From contig CBDIPJ010000002.1 of the NCBI GenBank assembly GCA_965283655.1, forward strand, positions 148,506 through 212,505: a stretch of DNA of 64,000 bases, read 5' to 3'. Source of the DNA: Limisphaerales bacterium (GTDB taxonomy: Bacteria; Verrucomicrobiota; Verrucomicrobiia; Limisphaerales; UBA9464). The translations under genes were made by a program, and so were the position numbers. The notes below the pieces were generated by a model that saw only the letters and a program-made list of their open reading frames with translations, did no database searches and had not been told where the DNA came from. Below, in pieces: positions 8,405 through 16,794 of the stretch. How positions within the stretch are numbered: position 1 is the first letter of the stretch; each line of letters begins with the position of its first letter.

Positions 8405-11400
8405 TCACTTCAGGCTCGCGATGAACTCGACGAGGTTCCGCAGGTCCTGACGGGTCAACTGCTCGGCGAATCCCTCCGGCATTCCGCTCAGGCCCTTCTC
8501 CCGGACCTTGATGTCGCTCTTCTTGAGCTTCATCAACCCGTCTTCCGGAGAGTTGATCTCCAGTTCGGTGTCGGTATCCGACTTGATCACGCCCGCATAG
8601 GTCGTGTCGTTCTTCAAGGTCACCAGCACGTTCTCGAATCCAGCAGCAATCGCCGCGTTGGGCTGGATGATGCTCTGCAGGAGGTAGGCCCGGTCCTTCT
8701 TCTGGATCAAGCCCGTCAACTCGGGCCCCACTTCGCCACCCTCACCGTTGGCCTTGTGACACCGCACGCAACTGACCTCCGCACGTTCCAGGAAGATCTT
8801 CTTTCCCTCCTCCACATTGCCGCCGGTCAGGCACACCCGCCACTTCGCGATCGGATCCTTGGGATCCAATGCCGCCTCGACCGAGGCCACCGCCTCCTTC
8901 AGGGCCGGTCGCTTCGCCGCTGCATCCAGCACGTCCAACTGCAGGTCCGCGGGAACCTTGCCCGCCTTCAACTGGGTCAACCACGTGCCCAGCAGGGTAT
9001 CCACCGCGGCTCCCTCCACCCCACCGAGCGTCGCGAAGGCGTTCTGCTTCTCCGACAACGTTCCCTTCTCAAGGATCGCCGCCAGCTTCGCCACCTTGTC
9101 GTCGCCCGATGCCCGCCCCGCACCGGCGCCCTTCCGGGCCACCGGCGGTGCCTGCACGCTCAGCTTTGCTGCCGCCTTGCGGACCTTCTCGGAAGTATCC
9201 TTCGCACCAGCATCCAGCGCGGCGCCCAATTCGGCCGCCCCCATCTCCCACAGCGCCTGCAACGCCGCCACACGGACGTTGTCGTCGGCCTTCACACCCA
9301 CGACCAGATCCGCCAACACCGGAGCCGCCTCCTCGATCCGGAGGCTGCCCGCTGCCGCTGCTGCGGCCCGTCGCACCGGATTGGGCGCGTCCGCCAGCAA
9401 TCCATTCACCACCGGACGCAACGCGTCGGCCGGAAGCTTCATGTCACGCGGCGACGCCGTCGGGCGCCACAATCCCGTGATGCGATCCCGGCCACCATTC
9501 TTCGGCCAGACCGCCAGCGAGACCAGCGACTCGGCACGCGATGCCTCGAAGCTGCTGTTCTTCGCCGCGAAGGCAGCCAGGGCTTTGGCCGTCTCCGCCG
9601 TGCCGAACCGGAGGTTGGCATTGACCACACGACGCACGAGCGCCGGTTGCGAACCCTCGGGCAACCCGCCCTCGATCAGCCCTGCCAGATCCGGCATCGC
9701 CCCGGAAATCGGCACGTCGTTGATCGCCCGTGCGGCTTCGGTCACCACCTTGGCACTCGCATCCTTCAGGAAGACGGCGATCTCACTCCGCTCCAGGCGC
9801 CGCATCGCCAGCAGGACGCCCATGCGCACACCTTCCGACGGATCCTTGGCCGCGGCGATCAGGTCATCGACATCCGCCGACAGCGACACGGCATACGAGG
9901 CGGCGTGACGCAGGTGCGGGTCGCGATTGTCGTTGTCGCGCAGCACCTGGAAGAGTGCGGGCAATGCCTCACGCCGGGCCAGCTTGCCCAACGCAATGCA
10001 ACCCAGCGCACGAACCTGCGCGTCGGCATCCGCGGTCAACCGCACGAGCCCGTCATACGCCTTCGCGTAACGCGCATCGCCCAGGATCCGGCCGATGTTT
10101 CCGCGCACCTTCGGTTCCGCGTCGCCCAGCAACGGGATCAGCGCGTCCAACGCCGGAGACGACGCCCCGAAACGCGTGGCCTTCGACGCTTCCGCCACCT
10201 GTCCCAGCGCCCACGCAGCGTGCAGCCGCGCGTGCAGCGAGCTCGATCCCTTCGCCAGCTTCACCAACGATGGAATGACTTTCTCGCCCTTGCCCGCCAA
10301 AGCGAATTGCGCGTTCTGACGGACCCGGAAATTCGGATGCGCGAGGTCGCCGAGCAGTTGCTTCTCGCTGCGCTTCTCGAAACCACCTGCGAGCAACGCC
10401 TGCGTCGACTTCACGATGTCCGAGCCGATGTGAGCAGGATCAAAGAACCGGTACAGCCGTCCCTTGCCGACGCCTTCCCACCCGTCCACCCAATCAAAAA
10501 CCCAGTACGCGCCGTCCGGTCCCCACGTGCCGTCGGTCGCCTCGATGGACCACAGGAACTGCTTGTCGTTCACGATCTCGAACGACGCGCCCTTCGGCTT
10601 CTGCTGGAAGCTCCAGATCCCGGAGTTCGCGCCGGATCCGCGGAAATCGCACAACGTGAAGGTCCCGTTCCAGTCGGCGCCCATGCCCGTGCCCGGATAA
10701 TACGCATTGCCGGATGGACCGGCCGTGATGTTCTTGATCGGCGGGGTGATGTAGGCCGGCTGCGCGTCGTTCTGCGGCTGCCACATCTTCTCCGTGTTCC
10801 ACGGCCCGCGCGGCATCGGTGCATCCGCGCCTTCGAGGAATTGCCACCCGATCCGCCAACCGCTGTCGCCGCCCTCGATGAGGTACGTCCAGCGTGCCTG
10901 ATCGCCGCCGTCCGAGTTGTTGTCGCCGGTGAACAGGTTGCCCCATTCATCGAACACCAGCTCCTGCGGATTCCGCAGTCCGCTGTAGACCATTTCCATC
11001 CCGGTGCCATCCGGGTTGCACCGGAAGACCGCGCCGGTGTCCGGCGTTCCCACCGTGCGTCCCTCGGTCTTGAGCACCGAGGCCCGGTCGCCGATCGAGA
11101 AGTAGAGCTTTCCGTCCGGGCCGAAGTTCAACCCGTGAAGATCGTGCCCGAGGAACCCCACGCGAATGCCATGGCCGTAGCTGATGCTCCGGCGTTTGTC
11201 GGCCACACCGTCGAGGTTTTCGTCGCGCAGGTGCCAGACGTTCGGGATGTTCGCAAACCAGACGTCCTTGCCCCGCGCCAGCACGCCCGCCGCCACGCCA
11301 TCCAGCGGCGTGGCAAAGTTTTCGGCGAAGATCTGCGAGACATCCGCACGCCCGTCGCCGTTCGTGTCCCGGAGGTACTGGATGCGCTCGGTGTTCCGGT

Positions 11401-11788
11401 AGTAGTCCTTCATGCCCTTCTCACCGAGATGCCGACGCATCATCGCGAGCCGGTCCTCCACGGACTTGCACGCCAGATCCTCGTCCAGCCAGTCCATGAT
11501 GCCCCGGATGTCCGGCACGCCGCGCCAGGCCCGGAAGGTCTGGGCCACGAACACACGTCCGTCATCTGCCACGTCGAACGCCACGCCATGCGCCACCTCG
11601 GGCTCCGCGGCGAACAACTGCCCCTTCCACCCCGGCGGCAGTCGGAACCGTTTCAGGTTCTTCTCTCCCTCGTCCGAAGCCGCCGCGATCTTCGGCGACT
11701 CAAACTGCCCCTGCGGCCCCAGTTGATGCTGGGCACGCGCGGCAAGCGCTGCGGTTGCGGCAAGGACGACGGCAAAGCGCCACTTCAT
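8405..11788 (-). CDS. PVC-type heme-binding protein: membrane-bound-dehydrogenase-like beta-propeller, HEAT repeats and a C-terminal CxxCH cytochrome c domain
   Basis: Signal peptide MKWRFAVVLAATAALAARA. N-terminal LFAAEPEVAHGVAFDVADDGRVFVAQ ... DTNGDGRAD ... GHDLHGLNFGPDGKLYFSIGDR, central HEAT-like repeats, and C-terminal CVRCH ... LVEFIASLK. The ATG at 11788 was chosen because the longer ORF (to 12037) runs across the tRNA-Ala gene. Confidence 0.85.
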   Translation of the reverse strand: MKWRFAVVLAATAALAARAQHQLGPQGQFESPKIAAASDEGEKNLKRFRLPPGWKGQLFAAEPEVAHGVAFDVADDGRVFVAQTFRAWRGVPDIRGIMDWLDEDLACKSVEDRLAMMRRHLGEKGMKDYYRNTERIQYLRDTNGDGRADVSQIFAENFATPLDGVAAGVLARGKDVWFANIPNVWHLRDENLDGVADKRRSISYGHGIRVGFLGHDLHGLNFGPDGKLYFSIGDRASVLKTEGRTVGTPDTGAVFRCNPDGTGMEMVYSGLRNPQELVFDEWGNLFTGDNNSDGGDQARWTYLIEGGDSGWRIGWQFLEGADAPMPRGPWNTEKMWQPQNDAQPAYITPPIKNITAGPSGNAYYPGTGMGADWNGTFTLCDFRGSGANSGIWSFQQKPKGASFEIVNDKQFLWSIEATDGTWGPDGAYWVFDWVDGWEGVGKGRLYRFFDPAHIGSDIVKSTQALLAGGFEKRSEKQLLGDLAHPNFRVRQNAQFALAGKGEKVIPSLVKLAKGSSSLHARLHAAWALGQVAEASKATRFGASSPALDALIPLLGDAEPKVRGNIGRILGDARYAKAYDGLVRLTADADAQVRALGCIALGKLARREALPALFQVLRDNDNRDPHLRHAASYAVSLSADVDDLIAAAKDPSEGVRMGVLLAMRRLERSEIAVFLKDASAKVVTEAARAINDVPISGAMPDLAGLIEGGLPEGSQPALVRRVVNANLRFGTAETAKALAAFAAKNSSFEASRAESLVSLAVWPKNGGRDRITGLWRPTASPRDMKLPADALRPVVNGLLADAPNPVRRAAAAAAGSLRIEEAAPVLADLVVGVKADDNVRVAALQALWEMGAAELGAALDAGAKDTSEKVRKAAAKLSVQAPPVARKGAGAGRASGDDKVAKLAAILEKGTLSEKQNAFATLGGVEGAAVDTLLGTWLTQLKAGKVPADLQLDVLDAAAKRPALKEAVASVEAALDPKDPIAKWRVCLTGGNVEEGKKIFLERAEVSCVRCHKANGEGGEVGPELTGLIQKKDRAYLLQSIIQPNAAIAAGFENVLVTLKNDTTYAGVIKSDTDTELEINSPEDGLMKLKKSDIKVREKGLSGMPEGFAEQLTRQDLRNLVEFIASLK

Positions 11789-11944
11789 TCGGTGCGACCA
11801 AGGCATACGGCCGGGCAGGATATGTTCGGTCGCCCGGGTGGCAAGGCACCGATCCATGATTTTGGAACCAAATGCATGTTTCTCAGGAAAAGCCTTTGAC
11901 ACTTCGCCTGCGATTCCTAGAGTGCCGCCCGCTTTCCGGTCGTT

Positions 11945-12020
11945 GGGGTCGTAGCTCAGTTGGTAGAGCACCACAATGGCATTGTGGGGGTCAGGGGTTC
12001 GAATCCCCTCGGCTCCACCA
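11945..12020 (+). tRNA. tRNA-Ala (anticodon GGC), with CCA encoded
   Basis: Hand-folded cloverleaf: acceptor GGGGTCG/CGGCTCC with the G3:U70 alanine identity pair, D arm GCTC-AGTTGGTA-GAGC, anticodon arm CCACA-ATGGCAT-TGTGG (GGC), T arm AGGGG-TTCGAAT-CCCCT, then ACCA. Confidence 0.95.
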
Positions 12021-12042
12021 TCGGCCGGAAATTCCACTTTCC

Positions 12043-12072
12043 AGGACCTCTTTCGAGAGGTCCTTCTTCTTA
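12043..12072 (+). terminator. Rho-independent terminator after tRNA-Ala
   Basis: aggacctc-tttcga-gaggtcct followed by tcttctt. Confidence 0.65.
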
Positions 12073-12171
12073 AGACAGTTCTCCCCCCTCTGGGTCCCCA
12101 GGCACCTCACGGTCCGTGCCATCCCGGTAATCTGTGGAACCGCCGCCCGTTTCCCGGTTCAATCGCTCCCT

Positions 12172-12903
12172 GTGAACGTCGAACTGTCTGCCGTCGACAA
12201 GACCTATGGTCGGATCCGCGCCCTCGACGGCGTCAGCCTCAGCCTTACCCCGGGACAGATCATCGCCGTCCTCGGGTCCAATGGGGCCGGCAAGACGACC
12301 CTCCTCCGGTGCCTTGCCGGGTTGATCCGTCCGGATCAGGGGGAAGTGACTTACGACGGTCGCCCCTTCGCGGTCGGGGATCTGGAACTGCGGCGGCGGA
12401 TGATGTTCCTCCCGGATTTCCCTCCCCACTTCACCTCGGAGACCGTCCTCCGCAGCCTGGGACTTGTCCTCCGCATCTATGGCGCGGACGGACCGGATGT
12501 CCCGGAACGCATCGTCCACTGGCTCCGCGCCTTCGACCTGCTCCACCTCGCGGAAGCTCCGGTCGAATCCCTGTCCCGCGGCCAATCGTACAAGGCGGCG
12601 CTGCTTGCCCTGCTGGTCATCGATCCCGAACTGTGGCTCCTCGATGAGCCCCTCGCCTCAGGCATGGATCCGAGGGGACTCTCGCTCTTCAAGTCCGAGG
12701 CCCGGGCCGCGGCCGCCCGGGGGCGCACCATCCTCTACACCACCCAGGTCCTGGAGGCCGCGGAACGTTTCGCCGACCGCGTCTGCATCCTGCATCAGGG
12801 CGAGGTGCGCGTGTTCGAAACCGTTGCCAACCTGCGCAACCGCGTCGGTGAAACCGACGATGGCGTCCTGGCCAGCGTGCTCAACAGCCTCCATGAATCC
12901 TGA
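12172..12903 (+). CDS. ABC transporter ATP-binding protein
   Basis: GTG start in frame within ORF 11872-12903. Walker A GSNGAGKTT, signature-like LSRGQSYKAAL and Walker B LWLLDEPLASGMD. Confidence 0.9.
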   Translation: MNVELSAVDKTYGRIRALDGVSLSLTPGQIIAVLGSNGAGKTTLLRCLAGLIRPDQGEVTYDGRPFAVGDLELRRRMMFLPDFPPHFTSETVLRSLGLVLRIYGADGPDVPERIVHWLRAFDLLHLAEAPVESLSRGQSYKAALLALLVIDPELWLLDEPLASGMDPRGLSLFKSEARAAAARGRTILYTTQVLEAAERFADRVCILHQGEVRVFETVANLRNRVGETDDGVLASVLNSLHES

Positions 12904-12907
12904 GGCC

Positions 12908-14602
12908 ATGCCCATCCTTCGGCCCGATCCCCAACTCCTCCGCCAGGTCCGCGAACGGATTGCCCGCAACCCGCCTCCCAACGCCCTCACACGCTCGCTC
13001 CGATCCCACCTCAATCGACTCCCGTTGCTCTTCGGGAACCCTTTCGTCCTGATCGTGGCCATGGCCGCGCCGCCCCTGATCTCGGCCATGGATCCTGGGC
13101 CGCGGCACTTTACGTGGAGTGTCCTGCTGTTTCTCGGCACGGCCCAGGTCGCAGGAATCCTCAACAGCCAACTCCGCGAACACGCCCACCTCGTTCCCTT
13201 CGCCTTCCTACCCGTGCCTCCGGAGTCCGTCCTCCGGACCCTGGCCGTCGGCGCCATCCGACGGATCTCCACCCTTTCGATCGCCGGAGGCATCGGATTT
13301 GGCATCGCCAGCTTCCGACTCACGGAAGGGGCCAATCCGTTCCTGAGCGTGGGCGCCGGCCTGGGCATGGCAGCCGGCTTTGCCCTTGGCTCCACGGCTT
13401 ACAGCCTCGCTGCCCAGCGTTCCTCCTGGCTCGCCACCCCGCTGGCCCTGTCCCTGCCGATCACGGTGCTGTTGATGATCTCGCTCAAGTCCTCCACGTG
13501 GATGAAGACGCAGGTCACCCAACTCCTCTCAACCCACGGCGACCTTCTCAGCGCCCTGCTCCCCTCCGGCTGGGTCGTTCTCCCGTGGGCCGCCCTCACC
13601 GGGCACGGCCCCTGGCAATACCTTGCCGCCCTCATCCCGCTCGGCTTTCTTGCGGCTTCCATCCCCCTGAACCTCCGCTGGACCCGCGACACCTACGTCT
13701 TCCGCGAACACATCCTCCTCAACCTGCTGCTGGAAACACCCGAGGGTGCCGACGAGGAACTCGCCGAATCCATCGCCATCGCACAGCAACGCCCTCCTTC
13801 GCGCGGCGAGACCGCCATCCTCGACGACATCGCCGACCGCCACTTCCTCACGTCGAACCTGAGTTCACCCGAAGGCCGCATCGAGTCCCTCGTCTGGCGA
13901 TGGTGGACACCCCGCGAACGGATCGTCGCGGAATACCTGCGACTGCAGTGGCCAAACTGGTCTGACCGATTCCGCCTCGGGGCGATCGTGTTCGCCGGAA
14001 CGATCCCAATCTCCGTCCTGCTCGGCCTTTTCCTGCCCAATTGGATCGCGGTTTCATTCATCGGATTTGGCGCGGGCGCCCTCTACGTGCTTCCCGTCTC
14101 GGCCAGCTTTACCCTGCGGCCTGCCGTGCTGACGGACTCGAACCTGCAACTGTGCCCCATCCATGCGCTCCCGGTCAGCCTCGCCGAGGTCGCCAGCGTC
14201 CAGTGGAAGGCAACGACCCTCCGTTCCCTCATTGCCCTTCCCCTGTGCGCTGCCACCGCCGGGCTGGCCATCGGATTCCAGGACGGCGGGTACCTGCATG
14301 GCGCCATCATCGGAGCCCAGGCGGCGCTGATCTGGATCGCCATCCGACCCGGGGTCACGGTCTACCGCTTCCAGGCCATCCAACGGGGATGGATGAAGGG
14401 TTTCGTCTCGAAGCTCGCCCTCGCCTTCGTCGTGCTCGTGCTTCTCCTGGACCTCGTCGGGCTCTTCGCCTGCGCCTTTCCTTTCGCGGGTCTCGCCGCC
14501 GTCGCCGCTCTCCTGCCCCTCAACTACCTCGCCCTCCGCTTCACCTGCCGCCTCCTCGACCGCCACGGCGTCGACGCCATCACCCCCATCCAACCCGGCT
14601 GA
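12908..14602 (+). CDS. Polytopic membrane protein, putative permease partner of the adjacent ABC ATPase
   Basis: ATG at 12908, 4 nt after the ATPase stop and in frame in ORF 12464-14602. Many hydrophobic segments are present (LLFGNPFVLIVAMAAPPLISA, LLFLGTAQVAGIL, and others). I did not recognise a specific family. Confidence 0.7.
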   Translation: MPILRPDPQLLRQVRERIARNPPPNALTRSLRSHLNRLPLLFGNPFVLIVAMAAPPLISAMDPGPRHFTWSVLLFLGTAQVAGILNSQLREHAHLVPFAFLPVPPESVLRTLAVGAIRRISTLSIAGGIGFGIASFRLTEGANPFLSVGAGLGMAAGFALGSTAYSLAAQRSSWLATPLALSLPITVLLMISLKSSTWMKTQVTQLLSTHGDLLSALLPSGWVVLPWAALTGHGPWQYLAALIPLGFLAASIPLNLRWTRDTYVFREHILLNLLLETPEGADEELAESIAIAQQRPPSRGETAILDDIADRHFLTSNLSSPEGRIESLVWRWWTPRERIVAEYLRLQWPNWSDRFRLGAIVFAGTIPISVLLGLFLPNWIAVSFIGFGAGALYVLPVSASFTLRPAVLTDSNLQLCPIHALPVSLAEVASVQWKATTLRSLIALPLCAATAGLAIGFQDGGYLHGAIIGAQAALIWIAIRPGVTVYRFQAIQRGWMKGFVSKLALAFVVLVLLLDLVGLFACAFPFAGLAAVAALLPLNYLALRFTCRLLDRHGVDAITPIQPG

Positions 14603-14607
14603 GAGAG

Positions 14608-14701
14608 TTGAAGGCCGGTGCCTTCAATCGTTCCATCTGAAGGCCGGGTGCCCCCACCCGGCGCTTGTCCATCATTCGCCGCGTGAGGGCACGCAGCCTA
14701 C
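14608..14701. repeat. REP-like palindrome cluster
   Basis: ttgaaggccggtgccttcaa (palindrome), ctgaaggccgggtgcccccacccggcgc (14637-14664) and an inverted copy cgccgcgtgagggcacgcagcctac (14677-14701). These belong to the same family as the 8.3 kb, 31.05 kb, 50.8 kb and 53.1 kb elements. Confidence 0.8.
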
Positions 14702-14711
14702 AATCCGGGAA

Positions 14712-15994
14712 TCACGCCACCGTGATCACCGTGTAGTTCCGTCGCCCCTTGCGCAGCAGCAGCCACTTCCCGAACAGCAGGTCCGCACTCCCGATCACGC
14801 GGCCCACCTCGGTCAAACGCACGTTGTTCAGGTACAGGCCACCACCCTCCAGATCCTTCCGCGCCTGCCCTTTGCTCGGCACCAACCCCGAATGCACGAA
14901 CAGGTCGAGCGCCGAAATCCCACCCGACACCTTCGCCACCTCCAGATCCTTCGTTGGAACCTCACCCACGATCTCGCGGAACGTCGATTCCCCACCCCCG
15001 CCAGATCCCCGCCAAACAGGATCTCCGAAGCCCGCTGCGCCTCGATCGTTGCTTCGGGCCCATGGATCAGGTCTGTCGCCGCCTTCGCGAGCGCCCGATG
15101 CGCCACGCGACCCGATGGATTGGCCGTGTGCTCCGCCTCCAGTGCGGCGATCTCCTCCTGCCCAAGGAACGTGAAGAACTTCAAGTACCGCACCACGTCC
15201 CGGTCGTCCGTCTGGATCCAGAACTGGTAGAACCGGTACACACTGGTCTTCTTCGGATCCAGCCACACCGCCCCGCCTTCGGTCTTCCCGAACTTCGTCC
15301 CGTCCGCCTTCGTGATCAGCGGCAGGGTCAGGCCAAACGCTCCCTTCGAGAGCTTCTTCCGCACCAGGTCGATGCCAGCCGTGATGTTGCCCCACTGGTC
15401 GCTCCCGCCGATCTGCAGCGTGCAGTCATGCGCCGCGCACAGGTGGTAGAAATCAAAGGCCTGAAGGAGCATGTAGCTGAACTCGGTGTAGCTGATGCCG
15501 ACGTCACGGTCCTCCATCCGCGCCCGCACGGATTCCTTCCCGACCATCTGGTTCACCGTGAAGTGCTTTCCGATGTCCCGCAGGAAATCCAGGAAGCTCA
15601 TCGGCGCGGTCCAGTCCGCGTTGTCCACCAGCATCGCCGGATTGCCTGCCCGCTCGAAGTCCAGCAACCGCGCCAACTGCGGCCGCACCGCCAACACGTT
15701 CGCGGCGATCTGGTCCTTCGTCAGCAACTGCCGTTCCGCCGACTTCCCGCTCGGATCGCCGATCGATCCCGTGGCCCCACCCGCCACCGCGATCGGCCGG
15801 TGCCCATCGTCCTGAAACCGACGCAATGCCAGCAAGGGCACCAGATGCCCGACGTGCAGGCTGTCCGCCGTCGGATCAAAGCCGCAGTACAACGTCACCG
15901 GCCCCGACGCCAATCGCGCGCCCAGCTCCGCCGCATCCGTGCAGTCCGCAATCAACCCCCGCCACCGCAGCTCTTCCAGAATCCGTGTCGCCAT
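14712..15994 (-). pseudogene. tyrS: Tyrosine--tRNA ligase, split by a 1-nt frame change near 14990-15000 (as assembled)
   Basis: ORF 14828-15994 carries the HIGH motif (SLHVGHLVPL) and the KMSKS-type KFGKTEGG, then degenerates after ...ASEILFGGDLAGVG. ORF 14712-15395 ends with the S4 domain (STFREIVGEVPTKDLEV ... SKGQARKDLEGGGLYLNNVRL ... LLLRKGRRNYTVITVA). The junction lies at C4/C5 runs at 14990-14999. Confidence 0.9.
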
Positions 15995-16118
15995 GTGTCC
16001 GCCAACCCTACCGCCCCCTCAACCCGACGGGAAGCCCGGGAACGGGTGCCCCCCGCTCCGGATCCACGGTCGGCAGGCGCGTTGACATCCATCCCATTGG
16101 CACCTGAAATTATCCATC

Positions 16119-16373
16119 ATGACGAAAATGCAGATCCGCGTTCCCGAGGAACTCTTTCGTGAGGTCCGAGCCTTTGCCAAACGACGCGAATGGTCCCTCG
16201 CCGAAACTTTCCGGCGAGGTGCTGAATTGCTGCTGCAGGTCTATCCGGAAGCGGATGCCCCGGCGGATACCGCCTGGACACCGCCGACTTCCAGCCGTGT
16301 CGGCTGGAAGGGTCTCACAGCCGAACAACTCCGAGACGCCGCCTTTGCTGATGGGGAACCTCGCCTGCCCTGA
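16119..16373 (+). CDS. Ribbon-helix-helix (CopG/Arc-like) antitoxin-type protein
   Basis: MTKMQIRVPEELFREVRAFAKRREWSLAETFRRGAELLL is a typical RHH N-terminus. It is followed directly by a PIN-domain remnant. Confidence 0.7.
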   Translation: MTKMQIRVPEELFREVRAFAKRREWSLAETFRRGAELLLQVYPEADAPADTAWTPPTSSRVGWKGLTAEQLRDAAFADGEPRLP

Positions 16374-16503
16374 TTCCGATGCTCTGACCCGCACCGCCCT
16401 CGCCTTGCAGGCCTTCGGTGTCACTGATTTCGCCACCGCCAACATCAAGGACTTCGAGGGACTGGGTTTCGCCAAGGTCTGGAATCCGATCGCCAACAAG
16501 TGA
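16374..16503 (+). pseudogene. Remnant of a PIN-domain (VapC-like) toxin; only the C-terminal ~43 codons remain
   Basis: The tail of ORF 16159-16503 reads DSDALTRTALALQAFGVTDFATANIKDFEGLGFAKVWNPIANK, which resembles the last third of VapC toxins (D-A-L-x-A-x-A ... N-x-K-D-F ... NP). There is no start codon and no N-terminal catalytic part. Confidence 0.5.
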
Positions 16504-16507
16504 CCCT

Positions 16508-16650
16508 CCCATCCTGTCCATCCTGTCATCCTGTCCTCTCCTTTCCCCGCAGACAGGATGCACAGGATTTACAGGATGTCCTTCAGCCACCACCTCCACC
16601 GCCACCCATCGCCGCCTCCCGCCCCATCCTGTCCATCCTGTCATCCTGTC
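16508..16650. repeat. Solo (~1.3 unit) copy of the 107-bp repeat family found at 20.5-21.7 kb
   Basis: ccatcctgtccatcctgtcatcctgtc ... gcagacaggatgcacaggatttacaggatgtcc ... (C-rich tract) ... ccatcctgtccatcctgtcatcctgtc. It has the same head, tract and inverted-arm architecture as the array units. Confidence 0.85.
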
Positions 16651-16794
16651 GAGATCTCCTTCGCATCCAGGACCGCGAAGCGCGGTGTGAGGTGGCGACT
16701 CTGGTTATGCTCGTGAAACATCATGTTTTCCGCTCCCCGTCCCGCAGGACGGACTGGGAATGGAAGCCCGGTCGTGCCTAGCGTGGGGGCACTG

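Noticed and set aside
8756-11899. 1047-aa plus-strand ORF
   Set aside because: It is antisense to the well-supported heme-binding/HEAT gene. It is Arg/His/Pro/Gln-rich with no recognisable motifs, the typical shadow ORF of a high-GC gene.
11789-12037. N-terminal extension of the 1210-aa ORF
   Set aside because: The extension runs antisense across the tRNA-Ala gene (11945-12020). The internal MKWRFAVVLAATAALAARA is a proper signal peptide start.
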